Assembly: GCA_977030845.1 (NCBI GenBank)
Contig: OZ365116.1
Location: 20,832,001 to 20,896,000, forward strand
Length of the DNA stretch: 64,000 nucleotides
Origin: Fimbriosthenelais zetlandica
Lineage: Eukaryota
Reading direction: 5' to 3'
Part shown: positions 1 through 13,600 of the stretch, piece by piece
How the letters are laid out: every line of letters starts with the position of its first letter
Numbering within the stretch: position 1 is the stretch's first letter
Translations under genes and position numbers: made by a program
The notes under the pieces: generated by a model
The model's database searches: none
Told to the model about the DNA's origin: nothing
Seen by the model: only the letters and a program-made list of their open reading frames with translations

Positions 1-1613
1 CACAAAAGACCGAGATGTATACCAGAACTTATACAACATAGACTGTGTCTAGGCCATAACAAAGACGTGTCAACTGGTCAGTGGTGGTGCAGAATAGGTG
101 TCTTACTGGTAATAAATTACGGCTCTAATATCTCATTTCCAAGATAAAGGAGAGATGGTAGCCTGCTGTATAATACATTACCGGGGGCAGGACATATATA
201 GGACATGCTAAATAACAGATGGAGATATGTATTAGTGTTTTATGCTTGATGTATTACCAGAAATTAACATATTCTTGGCGTTAATCAAGAATGGCCTCTG
301 AGGTTGAGAGGGATATTTTCCCGCTATTTTTGTATCATATTGAGACTAGTTGTGTATGCGTACCAGTTGTAAGAAGTGGGTATAATATATTCAGGCTGGT
401 GCTATCAGATACAGTAATACATCAATGATTATACAGCCCATTCTGACCCCAATCTCAATTCCCTTCCTCCTTATCCAGTCTTATTACTTATTGATCGTTT
501 AAGTTTTCGGATTTCAGTGGTTATCTAGAGAATAAATTCAATATATGTTTTAAGATATAAAGTGATATACCAAATATACACACACCTAGGACAGCAAATT
601 CAAAAGTGAATATTTCTATTAAAGACCAGAAACACAATATATGAATATCTCAATATTTTCGTCTGATGGAATGTATACACCAACAGGAAGTTTTGAACAT
701 TATTTTTTCTCAATACTTCATTTTATCAATCGATTTAGCCGCATGAGCACCTGATGTTACTTATAGATTATTCATTTAGTCCATCTTACTTCACCACATA
801 ATGAAATTCATCATGTATAAATATCCACTGTATACACACTTGACTCCAGCACTGAACAACCAACCATGACTTGCCGTTTGAAAAAAAGGGATACTAGCAA
901 ATTTATATACAAACATATTAGTTTTTATACCAGCAAATTAGATATAAGTCTAATTTGTGGAACTAAAGGCTTCATCAGATTGAGTCTGATATTGTAAACT
1001 TTTCCACTTTTGGCAGATTTCTCAATGGAGGTGTTTAATAATAGGGACAACTGAACTAGTGTTAGGTGTTTAGTCAATGCTACACTACAATCAAACATAT
1101 AGAGAATACTGAATCACAGATGTATGTACAACAAAACATTGTCAAGCAAAACTGAGGTGAGAGAAAATCTGCACGTATTAATGACAAAAACAAACAGCAA
1201 CTTACTAGGTCAAATATGTTCAGAAATTGCCAGTTTTTCTCAGGGCTTCTTGGAGCTAACTTTGAATCATATTAATGTATTAAAAAGAACCAGCACCAGA
1301 CATCAAATATTACTGAAGTTGGGCTCAAAGAAAAGAAAGCCAAAAGTGAAAAACAAAGCATCATCCTGAGTAACAGATGTTCAAACCAACTCAACATTCA
1401 CCTCTACAAAACAACCTAGATGTGTCTTGTGTAAATATACATAATCATAATTCCCTGATTTTAAATCCATCCTGGAATTAGCAACCTACAAAACTATTAA
1501 TAGATGTCAATATGTTTTCCCCAAATAATAATTTAATCAGATACTTTTCTAGTGAACTTTTCTAGTGATTGTCAACTCAACACCCCAGATGGAATATACA
1601 CATCTTCACAGCA

Positions 1614-3719
1614 TTAATCTTTGATCAATTCAAAAATCTTGAATATCTTGAGAGCTGGTTTCTGAGTGACAGCCAGTAGTCCCTTGTCGCTGACACACAC
1701 TCCCCATGGTTTAGAGATGGCTAGAAGATGTCGGAGGAACTTGCCATCAGGGCTGAACATGGTCACTCTATTATTGTCTTGATCAGCCACTATAATATTG
1801 TTCTGAGGATCCACACACACGCCTCTTGGATGTTTCATGTGACCGTCAGTTGGTCCTATTCCACCAAATTTGAACATGAATTGACCGCTGGGATCAAAGA
1901 CCTTGATGCAGTGATTGCTGCCATCAGAGACAACGATACGATCATCGTGATCCACGGTCACATATCGCGGCCAGTGGAACTGGTTGTTACCACTGCCTTG
2001 CGATCCAAACTTACGGACACACCTCCCATCAGGTAGGTGGATGCTGACCGTATGCTTCCCATGCTCAGTGTCTGATACTATAAACTGACCAAGGCTATTC
2101 TCTCCTATTCCCCTTGGCCAGCCGTACATGTTCTTTTTCCATGATGAGATGATGCGGCCTGTAGGATCCATGATTTTAACTGACCGGTCCTTATCATCTG
2201 TTACTGCCAGGTTACCTTCACGGGTGACGGTAACACCCCAGGGTTGTATAGAATCAGCACCAATAATGCTGACAGACTGTCCTTTATCATCAAATATCTG
2301 TATCCTCTGGTTCATCCACTCCGCCACTGCTGTGCACCCATCAGGTAAGATGGTCACATCATAGGTCTCACATATCTCACCCACTTTAGCCCCAATCTTG
2401 TCGATTCTCCAGCACAGTTTTGGGCTCACCAGCCACTTGAGAGAAGGCTGTTCCTTGAATGGATCCTTGAAGAATGTGGGAGGGGATGACATGGGTCTGG
2501 ATAGGGAGGAGAGTGATGAAGATTTGGGTATTCTTGGAGACGCCATCATTCCGTTGTGATGACCATTAGTGAGGCCACCAGGACTACCACCTGGAGATTT
2601 AGCCACAACATCAGATGAGAGTTCACACTTCTGGAATGTTCCCACAGAAAGATCTGGCTTAGGCATGAACATATTCATGAGGGCACAGTCCTTAGGCACC
2701 TGTGGAATGGGTTTATTTTTTGTGGATTCAATCATGATCATAATGTCAGTATGCATGGCTAAGAGTTGCAAGCTTTGAGCCGGTTCTGTTAATTTGGCCC
2801 CAAATTTCCACAGACTCTTCAAATTAGCCAATTGGAAAGCTCCATTTTCCTTCTCTATTGCAAGTTGTTTCATGGCTGCGTTGTGCAGCTTATCTAATTC
2901 CTCCATTATTGCATGCTTTCGCATATGTAATTGCCCAATTAAATTATTCACATGTCTGTCAATTTCCAACTTCGTCTTCTTCATCGATGCTTCTTTCAGG
3001 TTTTGGAGATCTTCCAAGTCACAGAGGAACTCTTCTAGTGTGGCCACCTGTTCTGACATACCACTTATACCGTTCATCACCTGGTCTTTTTTATCCCCCA
3101 AGGCTGAATGTAATTCAGATGTTTCATGCTTCTGATGTTCAGTGACTGCACAAACAGTACATAAAGGCACCATACATGTAAAGCAGTAATATTTGACAGT
3201 CTCAGCATCATGGGACTCACACCTTAGTGTGGAATTCTCCATCTGTGTGACAGGAACAGTGGAATGATTCCTGAATAGACAATGCTTGCTATGATCCCTA
3301 CTACATTGTTCACAATAATTAATACCACAACTAGCACAGTGATCTCTAGCCATGACTTCCAGTTTCTTGTATTTACACACATCACAATAGACTTTCTTCA
3401 GTGGGGCCTTCTCAAATTTACACACCATGTCTTGGAGTGGTTCTGCTGGGGCGGCCTTATGTTGAGGTAGATTCCCATCTTTGTTTAACCCAGTAACTCC
3501 GTCGTCGGGGACAGAGACAACCCTTCTACACACAGGGCAAGGCAATGTTCCTGGTTCTTGTATTCCCTCACTTTGTATGGTGGAGAAATATCGGTCCAGA
3601 CAGCCAGAACAGAAAGTATGGTGACATGGCAATACTTTTGGGTTCTCATAGGGCTCCGTGCATATCAAACAGTTGAGAAAATCTTCCGCTGCTGCTTCCT
3701 CGGGGAATTTGGCTGCCAT
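1614..3719 (-). CDS. TRIM-NHL E3 ligase/RNA-binding protein (TRIM2/3/71-like, no filamin domain), 701 aa, intronless CDS
   Basis: RING (CLIC...PCHHTFCSGC...CPVC), B-box1 (CDVC...CASCGINYCEQCSRDH), B-box2 (CESH...CFTCMVPLCTVCAVTEH), coiled coil, C-terminal NHL repeats (FGSQGSGNNQFHWPRYVTVD; FGGIGPTDGHMKHPRGVCVD). Confidence 0.95.
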   Translation of the reverse strand: MAAKFPEEAAAEDFLNCLICTEPYENPKVLPCHHTFCSGCLDRYFSTIQSEGIQEPGTLPCPVCRRVVSVPDDGVTGLNKDGNLPQHKAAPAEPLQDMVCKFEKAPLKKVYCDVCKYKKLEVMARDHCASCGINYCEQCSRDHSKHCLFRNHSTVPVTQMENSTLRCESHDAETVKYYCFTCMVPLCTVCAVTEHQKHETSELHSALGDKKDQVMNGISGMSEQVATLEEFLCDLEDLQNLKEASMKKTKLEIDRHVNNLIGQLHMRKHAIMEELDKLHNAAMKQLAIEKENGAFQLANLKSLWKFGAKLTEPAQSLQLLAMHTDIMIMIESTKNKPIPQVPKDCALMNMFMPKPDLSVGTFQKCELSSDVVAKSPGGSPGGLTNGHHNGMMASPRIPKSSSLSSLSRPMSSPPTFFKDPFKEQPSLKWLVSPKLCWRIDKIGAKVGEICETYDVTILPDGCTAVAEWMNQRIQIFDDKGQSVSIIGADSIQPWGVTVTREGNLAVTDDKDRSVKIMDPTGRIISSWKKNMYGWPRGIGENSLGQFIVSDTEHGKHTVSIHLPDGRCVRKFGSQGSGNNQFHWPRYVTVDHDDRIVVSDGSNHCIKVFDPSGQFMFKFGGIGPTDGHMKHPRGVCVDPQNNIIVADQDNNRVTMFSPDGKFLRHLLAISKPWGVCVSDKGLLAVTQKPALKIFKIFELIKD

Positions 3720-3889
3720 TTTGACAGTGTGTGTGGTTAGAGGGTAATAAGAGCTCTAACCACAGGTATCCTATGTATAGTAACTGTATGTTGACGTGAT
3801 TTTTGTGAGAAATTCGGTCTGTCACTGACTCAGCGAACGTGGAGCTGACCCGATCGATAATTGACGCAGACTGGTGTTTACCATGTACC

Positions 3890-4020
3890 TTCAACCAGGC
3901 GGCCAACATGGCGGCCCTATGATCATTAGCATTATGTATGCAGGTGGGTGTAAGGTACGTGGTAAATGGACACAGGTGAGAGGCTTCACAGTTCAAGGGG
4001 GCGTGGCCTGGGTGGGCTAT
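3890..4020 (-). promoter_or_regulatory. Probable promoter/5' exon of the TRIM-NHL gene
   Basis: GC-rich patch with Sp/KLF box GGGGGCGTGGC (3997-4007) and YY1-like AACATGGCGGC (3905-3915). Candidate minus-strand donor GAAG|gtacat near 3888 and acceptor gttag| near 3757, upstream of the ATG. Confidence 0.45.
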
Positions 4021-4606
4021 AGGGAGCAATGACAGATACTAGTCTACAGCTGTCATTTCACAAAAATATCATAACATCTTAGTAAAAATGATAGCTGAGT
4101 CAGTGGAAAATTAATCCAAAGGATGGGTTAGGGCTAATATAGGCTAGTGTACGCCCTATTGTCTCATCATATGACATATCATAATACGACAGAATCGCAA
4201 TATATAGATACCTGGCGGTAATATAATGAACCATGTGGTTTTCAATATCATTTCATTCACTTTCATAGCCTTTTTTAACCTTTGTTTAATGATTCCGTGA
4301 CTAACAGTATGGTATACTGCATGTATAAACATAGGCATGCGGGCACTAGGTGCCACGCCCACTTTTCCCATTCATTAGTTCCGTGTGTATTCACCGAAAT
4401 CAATGGGTCCTACTTCTTGCCTATTTCTATTGTAGAAGACAATGCCTCTAGCTGAGCTAAAATAATAGACCTCTTCTATTTATATTTTGATAAAACGAAT
4501 AATTCCAGAATACCTCACCTCCTTACTAATTAGGTTAATTAAGGTTTCGATAATGTCCTGAAAAGAATGTTTCACACCTTATTATAAGAAAACATGATCT
4601 ACTCAC

Positions 4607-7600
4607 GAGAGAAGGAGGAAAGTGCCAGGAGGAGTAAGGTTGAGTTGCAGGCCTTCACGAAGGAGGGCTTGGAAGGAGAGCCAGGAATCAATCAACTGAA
4701 CGCCTGGAGAACGCTGCATATAGGCATAGAAGAACTGAAGCATGGAGACCTCCAGAGGCGTGCGTTTCTACAATTATAAACACAAACCAACCTCAATTAA
4801 ACTGTCTTTCTTATATGTAACTTTGGCAGTGATTCTGACACTGATTCAAGGAATTAATACGTAACATAGATTGTGATTTTTGTCACAAAAAATGACATAT
4901 AATATACAATCAATCAGATTCATACCAAAATAATGAGATTGTCTACAACATTATATAGAAATATATAACAGTACCTAACAATTTAATCATGCCTTCTCAA
5001 ATAATCAGATAATGAGTTTTCTTTTCATAACCTATGCCAATTAAACGCTACTTCGCTATTGTAATTACCTTAATAAAAGATATTTCAATTATCATAATAA
5101 AATAACTAAAACTGATAGATAAACACATTTTGAAGATATAAATAAATGATTGTACGTTGAAAATGGAAAGTGCTCTAGTTGAAATATTCATGCTGAATTT
5201 ATATCTAAGGGATTTCTGGGTTGTGAACACAAAAGCAGGTGGCACACTTCTCTATTGGCTATAACTAAAAATAAATATAATATAATTATATCAGCCACAA
5301 AAAAGCTGCAGAATTGCTCACTAATACTAGTATCTACCTTTTCAGCTTCATGCTATTTGAAAAAAATACAGAAAAAAGCAATCACAAATCACATTTAGAA
5401 ATGACAATATAACACGCTCATTTAAAATACAATGATCAAACTATCATGATCGTGTGTGCTAGAGAGTGGCGGTAAGATGAGGTGTTATAAACGTGAATAC
5501 ATGTACCAGATCAAAAACAACCAAGGCTTTCAAATGATCAAAATATTTCATATGAATATTCTATCGAATATGGGAATTTCCATTGGGACAAAAACATATT
5601 TCCCATGTTGAAAAATGAGATCGAATGAAAGATCATTGGATTTTTCTCGAAGGGACGATAATAAAAGAAAATTGTACTTGGAGTTCTAAGCAGGTGCTTT
5701 GGTATTATTGCAGGTTAATTATCCGGTGACAAAATAAAATATTAGCATTTCAATATATCCTGGCAAATATTGCGTGGTCACCTATTACAGGGCTGTTGAA
5801 GAAAGATGAACATAATTGTTCCCAAAGCAACGAGAGATTTCTCTCATAATGATGGTACTTTGAAAGACCATAATGACATTTCTCTACAAAGTGACTGAGA
5901 AATATTAAGAAAAATAATAACACAACATATATACTGAACTGCAGTGCAGAAGATGTGTTAAATTCTTGTTTTAGGTTTGGTGTCTGGGTCCCATAATAAT
6001 TATAGAGCTATACTTACTTCAGAAACGGGTTTCTAAAGGAAGTCAAATATGTGTCAAATATTTGATCGAAATTTTAAAATTTGTACGACTGAGTGATAAT
6101 TATCCTTGTCGAGTTGTCTATATATGCTCTATCAGTTTTTCCTCACATAGATAAAGAACGAGTTGGTTTGTGTCAATTACGCAGGTGGCTATCTCATGCC
6201 GGAGGAGGATTAGTTGTCTGCATGTCATGTATTATTTCCTTACATTACATTTTCATTTGGGATTATTATTTTCAGGCATATTTTCAATTTGATATTTTAT
6301 TATTAGTCAGTCATGTTGGACTCCACTTCATGCAGAGGGAGAGTACAGCATGAAGTTAGTAGTGTCACAACATTCTACATGACTCAGACTGAGAGAGGGG
6401 GGCATCCTGCTGCTGCTGGGGGCAGATCAGACAACAAACGGTGCTTATGCTGCCTCTGGCGGTACTTACACACATTAGGGAGGGCAGGTCTAGGTCCGCC
6501 TCTGTGTACAGACTTTCCTGCACTAAGAGGCGGTCAGTGTCTTCACAGTCTTCCTGCATGGGGAGGAGCATCCATAACTCATCAATCAAAGATTTAAATT
6601 AATACAAAATTGGGATTTTATAATAAATTAGGAAATAAACATGAATACGAAATGAATAAAACGAATGGAGGACATCTTGAGATGAAGCCCTTCTCTAAAG
6701 GTTTGGCCCTAATATGAACGATGTTAAGGACAATCGCACATAGTTCTTGGTAACTTGTGCCTTGCTTCAATGCTCAATATATCTGAAAATATATGGGAGT
6801 TAAGCAGTAGATTTACTTACTCTGTTCTTGTCTAAGTTGGTAGCAGGAGGCTGTTTGACGACTTGTCGGACTGTTTGCATTAATGTATCAGTCGGCATGA
6901 CTTTGATAGCACTGATCAGTTCTACCAGGAGCAGCTGATCCTGACAGGCATCAGGGATAACCTACAATGAATTGGTTGTTATTAGTTTCTCACTAAATTC
7001 AATTGTTTAGAGCCATTATTGTTTATTGAACATAGATAATATGCCTACCTTTTTAATGGGGTTGTTGGAGCGTCTCATTCGCCTGTCATTCCAAACTACA
7101 GCCACAGCTCCAAGCATGTTTACACCATGATGGCGAGAGATGGGGCTTACAAACTCCAAGATATACTGCCTCACAGTCTGAAAAACATTAATACAAATTA
7201 TAATTTTAAAAACCAAAGATACCATATTTTTATAATACCAATAAAGTCAGAAGTATATAGAAAGTAGAGTACAAGGCTAAGGTAGGTACTGATTATTCTC
7301 ACCTTGGGACTACCCAGGGTCCACCAGGGTTGGTCTTTGTTATCTCGTCTATAGCGAGCCTCAGATACATTGATGGCCTTCCACAGGGAGGCAAGGCTGG
7401 CCAGGATACGTGGCAGGATGCTCAACAAGTTACGTCGAGCCTCCAGCACGGGCGGTACCATGTTAGTCACCTCCTTAGCTGGACTTGGTTCCTAGTAAAA
7501 CATCAAATACATCCCTCCACGATAAGTACAAATTATCACCGATTATTAACGTTATGGTGTAAAACATGACAACGAGGTGAAGCATAGATTGTACATATAT

Positions 7601-10600
7601 GAAATTATAAAGCGTAAAGCAAGTAGAAAATAATATAAATTAAAAATATTAATAGCAAGAGATAATTGGAGAAGAGAAATAGAGTGCCTTAGATATAAAT
7701 TAAGGAAATAAAGTATTGTGATACTTGTTATATATATATATTCTTACACCTTATCTTTTCTTCTTAAACATAAGGAGGACAGAATAACCACTGTTTAGTC
7801 CCGGAACTAAATATAGCGCAGAATTCATTTCACACAGCCGAGCATTTAGTTCAATCTACAAAACGAATCCATAGACAAAAGGGATACGACAAATCAACTA
7901 GAAGATGAGTAGGGCATCAAAACAAATATTAGTGCACACAAGAAAGTATAAATCAGTTCAGTATGAAGGTCTGGAAAACCCAGAGAAAACGTGGAAGAGC
8001 AAATATTGCGTGGATAAAATCATTAAATGAAAGTGAGAAATCGTGGGAAGGGTATGATCCTCGTAACAGTACCAATGTGCTTCACACCTAAAACAATTAA
8101 AGTCTTCATGTCCAGACAAAGGGGTTCTTAATGCTAGAACTAAATTATATACAATTACCATTATGTTGACCATTGACATAAACTGCTTAATTAATAGATA
8201 GGGCGGGCAGTTCTGCCCTCTATTCCCTTTCTAAGTATAACCATTCTCCCAAACCCTCAGGTCCGTTTGTAAAGTTCTTGGTACGTTTAAAGTCTCAGAT
8301 AGATTTCAATCTCTTCCATGGCCAGATAAAAGTAAGACATGCACTGGCAAGGCTCCAACTCGAGCTTTAAAAAAAGCAAAAACGGTCCAAAAAGCAGCAA
8401 TTTCTTGCAATGTTTGATTCTTGAAATAGCCAGCCTTGAATATATAGAATATGAATCTAAAGTGCTTTGATTTTGGGAAAGATTTTATCGGATTATGGTT
8501 AGAACCCTTCGCTTTCATAATAGTAAACACGAACATTATTCCATTTCTTGGATAAAATAGTGAGGCGGTGCTTTACAGACCATGCTTGAAGCAGATCCAG
8601 CATAATAAGAATTTGTTCAGTAAATTATTTGTCATTTCCATCCAAGATTAGTGACAGTGATTGTCAGAGCCGTGCCAGTACAGACCGTCATCCAAGGTTA
8701 TAAGGAGCATGAGAGAAGCCCACTCCATACAAACCCTGAAGGCATCGATGATCTGAAAGATTTGAAGCAACGTCACAACACGATGAGACAAGAAAACATC
8801 ATAGCACCCACCAGAAAATACCAGAAACTTGTGTACACGCTAATTTTAAACTTTGGTACAGATTACATGGCCCAGACATTTCTTATAATTTCATTGAAAT
8901 AGTCGCCAATTCCATGTAATCTAGTGTTAATTTTTCAACAGAATTCCACTCAATTAGTCCGAAGATAAAATGAGAATATAGTGTGTCTTTCACGTGTGCA
9001 AGTGATTAGTTCTGGAAATGATATCAGAAATGGAAACACCTTGTTCTAATAGTTGGTGCCAAAAATCAAACAAAAGATAATTAAATGATGGAAATTTGAT
9101 TGTAATTTAGAATTTTCCCCGAGATGTGCCCCTATCTTTCCCTGATAATAGTTAGAGTGGGGACTGACCCTGTTGCTGCTGTAGGGGTTGAAGACATGGA
9201 TGAGGTTGGTGAGGATCTGGCCGGCTGTGGCTGTATCGTTGATGATATTGTTGGATGATGTGGGCATGTGTTGACCTATAGTAATGTCCTGCTGGGCTGG
9301 TTCTAGTACACAGAAGTGACACAGGGTGGTCAGGCCTTCTAACAGGGTGATCAGATGGTCAGCAGGAACCTTATCAGGCATGGCTCCAGTCCCACTAAAA
9401 CAAGAGAGCAGAGAAATGTTTACTTTTAATATTAGACACTGGCCTCTGCTCTGTCAGATCAATGCAATGACTTAGTCAAGACATTTTCTCGTAATATAAA
9501 ATAAGAGTAAGTTAAGAGAATGTACGATGAAGTCAGTTTAAATGGACTCATGTATGTATAGAAACTTAGTATTAAGCAATCAGAAATAAAAATGTATTTG
9601 ATATCGATAGCTCAGTAGCAAGCATATGAATTAGAATATATAGGAGAATAATAGTATTAGCCTACCTTGTGTCCTTGGCCCCCTTCTCGTAGCATTGTGA
9701 GAGCATTTCCAAGTTGTGACAGAGCTGGTTGACAGTCATGACCACAGTGTAGCTCAATGCCCGTCCTATATAAGGCAGAGCACTGGTTACCATAGCGATC
9801 CAGTGTCGGTGCATGTGACAGAGATGTTGCTGTTTAAGCGCGCTGAGAATGGCTGATAAGAGCATAGTTTGGTAGACGATCGGCCGGGACTGGACATAGC
9901 GGACACTGGTCAGTGTGGGCTGCATGTTCATCCTTGACTTGTCCCATTCAGGAGGCAGCATGGCGCTGGTATCAGCTTCCCCCTTCACCTTCCTGATCTG
10001 ATCCTCTAACAAGATGAGGACGAGTATGAGTTTAAGCAGCTTGATCTGGAATGTCTCATTAGTGTTGGCGTCCATGTTCTCCTCGTTAAAGCTGATGATG
10101 GCCTCTGTAAGGTTCTGATTGTTGTGGTTGAGGGGTTTCATCCGGGCATTGTAGACACTAGCCAGCAGACAATGAAGCAATGCCTTCTGTACCTTACATC
10201 GACTGAGGAGATCACCAATATATGTAGAGAACCCCTTACCACTGTCCTTAGCCACGTTAACCAGCTCAGACAGGAGTAGAGTCAGGATCTCACAGCTGAG
10301 GATCTGCACCTCTTTGTTACCGTTGAGTTCCTGCTCTGTTAGTTTGCTCATCATGAGGTTGGGGTAATAGCTGCGGATATAGTAGAGAGACACAGAGATG
10401 ATGATCTCTACATACATGCTGCTGCGGTACCCTGACAGGGCATCGTTAGGCACCTCACTGAAGAAGTTCTTACCAAAGACAGATCGGCGGTGACGAGCTA
10501 GGAGGTGTTGTAGTCTAGTCATGTGTAGGATTGGTGTACTAGTAATACTGCTGGTGGCCATGGCACAGGTCACTAGACGAGGGGTGGTCGTGAGGATGGA

Positions 10601-13600
10601 CTTTAAACATGTCAGAGCATATAATGTCCTCTGAGCATCAAACTTCTGCGTGTAGAGAAGGATGTGGGTATGTAAAGGATGAATGCCCGGTATTTCATCT
10701 CCCACACCTTTCACACACTCGGCCTCTACGTCCACTTCAGAGTAAGCTTCAGGTTGTGAAGCTTGTGACTGTGTGTCTTGTTGAGCAGGCCTGTGTCTGG
10801 ATGTTTTGACATGTATACTGGTACCTGGAATACCATCAGTCTCAGTACTCACACTGTCAGTGTGTGACTCACCTAATGTAACACCTTGTAGGATCACCTG
10901 CTCCTCCTCCCCTGTACGGACCACCTGCTCAATGAGGTCATCTAATATACTGCTCACTACAGCTCGCGCCTCTCTGGCGTGTTGCTCCTCCTCTGTCTCG
11001 TCCTGTCCCTCACTACCCTCACTCACACTATCCGCTGACTCAGTCACACCAGAGTCAGTATCACTCCGCTTCTCCCTCTGTTCATCCACTTCCCCATTTG
11101 GCTTCGCCTCTTCAGCAGCATCTATATCACTCTTTTCTCCATTGCTTTCCTTCTCATTCCTGAGGCCATTTAAAACATGAGCAGCTTCTTCAGCTACTTC
11201 TGTTTCGTCTCTCTTGGCTTTTACATTTGGCTTTGGTGGTATCTTTGGTTTGGTTCGGTCCTGGTGAACGTTTTGTTCGGTACTTTGTTCTACAGCAGCT
11301 TCTGCTCCCCCATCAACTGTGTCGTCTTTGGGCTCGTGCTCCATGTCATCAAAGTAAATGCCTTCCTTCTTACAGGTCTCAGCGCTCAGTCTCGTCACAT
11401 TCTGTAGGTTGGCCAGCTGAGGTGGAGGTTCATACCCTTCAAAGATCACTTTGTCCAATGAACTTTCAGATCCAAATGGATTGACCCTCAAATTGAGATC
11501 ACTGGGATTGATCCTTTCAAAAGGGAGATCCATGTCTTTATTCTTGGCTATCTTGGTGCCTGATGTGCCTTCTGCTATACTTGTCAGGGCATACGTCCTC
11601 AGTTCCTCGGTTGTTCGGGTAGAGAATGGTCGGCCTTGGTTACTGACGTGATATATGATGTTTCCACCTTCACTGCTGATGGCGTAGATCTTGGTTTCAG
11701 ACTGGTCGTTGTCTCGTTCACTCTCAGAGATACGCACTTTCTTAGGCTGGTGAATGTTCACATGCTGGATGGATATCCTGTCAACATACAAGTACAACAT
11801 TATAATTGACATACCATCACTGACAGACCAGTATGTAATACAGAATGACTTGTATTTTAATACATGTGTGAGAGGTTACCTGGCAGTATCAGGGTGTAGC
11901 AGCATGAGGAGTACCGGTTCTAAGATCCGTGCTATGTCACCTCTCTGTATGGCGTGTGTTAACCAGGTCTGTGTCAGAGCGCGGCATGGGTTCACATCAC
12001 TCTGTAGACTGTCCAGCATCAGAAACATGGACCTAAAATACATTAATGATACCACACATTAATGATAACCACACATTAATGATATAATATATCAGACAGA
12101 AACCAATGTATCGAGATATATGAGGTCAGGTATCTCACCTATCAAAGGTTCTAACAGGAAGGCCGGGGTTGGCGCTCTGTCTAAGTTCTCGTAGAAGGTG
12201 CCAGAGTACAGCAAACTTCTTGTGAGCTGAAAGTCTTACACTCTGTAAAGGGGAGAAACAAATGTATAGTACATGTATGTACGAAAATGGGGCAGTGTTA
12301 CATGAATATTATCTCACCTAGAAATATCAACTCAAAATGCAAAGCAAAGGCGGAGAAAGAATACATTTCTTGCTCAGATAATTATGATACCCGATAGGCC
12401 TTTTTTCAAAATAACATTAACTCATTTAAAGCTTAATTTCCTCTTCAATGTGAGTATGTATGAAGCATTATAGACAGTCTTAGACCCATACAATGTGCTG
12501 GCTGAAAAGATGCCCAGAAGGTAGTTCAGATACCATCCCAGTGTTCATTTACATAGGTGCGAAAAATAAAATCTGTACACCAGGTATGTTATGAAAGCAG
12601 AGTGTCACCTTCCTGTTTCTTGTGATAGTTCATATTAGATTAGATTAACAGTGGTTAAAGACCTTAACCTGCTCGGTTATTTAACAATTAATTAATGAAT
12701 TACGCTTATCACCTTAGAATATGGAATTAAAGCATAAAAGAGTGAGTGGATAAGGCTCATACATATTGGTGCCCTGTCAGCATTCCGAGTTTAGTTCACA
12801 GTACATACATTACTACTTTAGATGTATGGCTCCGGCATTCTATAATATACTTAGTAAAAGTGCAGTTCAAGTATTTAAGTATCTTAACAATATATGTCCT
12901 AAGGTTTGACGTCGGTTTGAAAAATATTAATCTGCAAAAATTAAAGCCTATGGAAAACTCACAGAATCATCATTGTCTCCGCTGGCATTCTGTAACATAT
13001 GGTGCCCATCATTTCAAGCTCATTTAACTATGATGTAATTATTACATGTCTGAGACCTTGTTTAGAAAATGCTTGATATAGTAATGAACCAAAAAAAGAC
13101 AGAGCATCTTAATATTTAAAAAGATCATGCTGTACAGCAGTGTGTCCGTGCGCCAGTAGAAATGTAAGAGAGGGCAATGTACGTGTAATGTCTTACTACA
13201 AGTGATGCACCCGCCTAAACAAAGGTGACAAACAAATATTGCTTCACACGATCAAACATAAAGTTGAATTCAAATTCAATTCATGATGTAAATGATTATT
13301 TTTCAGTTATCATTTAAATAGTGATATTGTCACACGCCCACACAGAGCACCAATAATTATGAGCTTCAAGCATTTCATGGTAAGCATCACTATATTAATG
13401 ATAGGACCTGGTGAATCCCTACCTTGCTATCTGAGAGTAAGGCGTTACCGATGACGTCTTCACACACCCAGGGTGTGGGTGCTAACTGATGAAGCTGGTT
13501 GAGTAGATCAACACTTCTCCTGTGGTAAACAGGTGTACGTTCATCCAGGTAATTCCACAGGTGGGTGGATACTATCTGTAAGAGAAACAAAAATTCACTT

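Noticed and set aside
1124-1369. 81-aa plus-strand ORF
   Set aside because: AT-rich, composition fits the antisense of the TRIM 3' UTR, and there are no motifs or splice support.
7960-8090. Chromodomain-like fragments in a DOP1 intron (YCVDKII in one frame, [10 protein letters not shown] in another)
   Set aside because: The spacing is far too short, with stops and a frameshift between them and no other transposon remnants; probably chance.
8651-8902. 83-aa plus-strand ORF / GC-richer patch in a DOP1 intron
   Set aside because: No recognisable protein, and no frame-preserving exon on the DOP1 strand could be built.
9666-11777. 2.1-kb DOP1 exon with a long acidic insert
   Set aside because: Large disordered internal exons are expected in Dopey proteins; not unusual.
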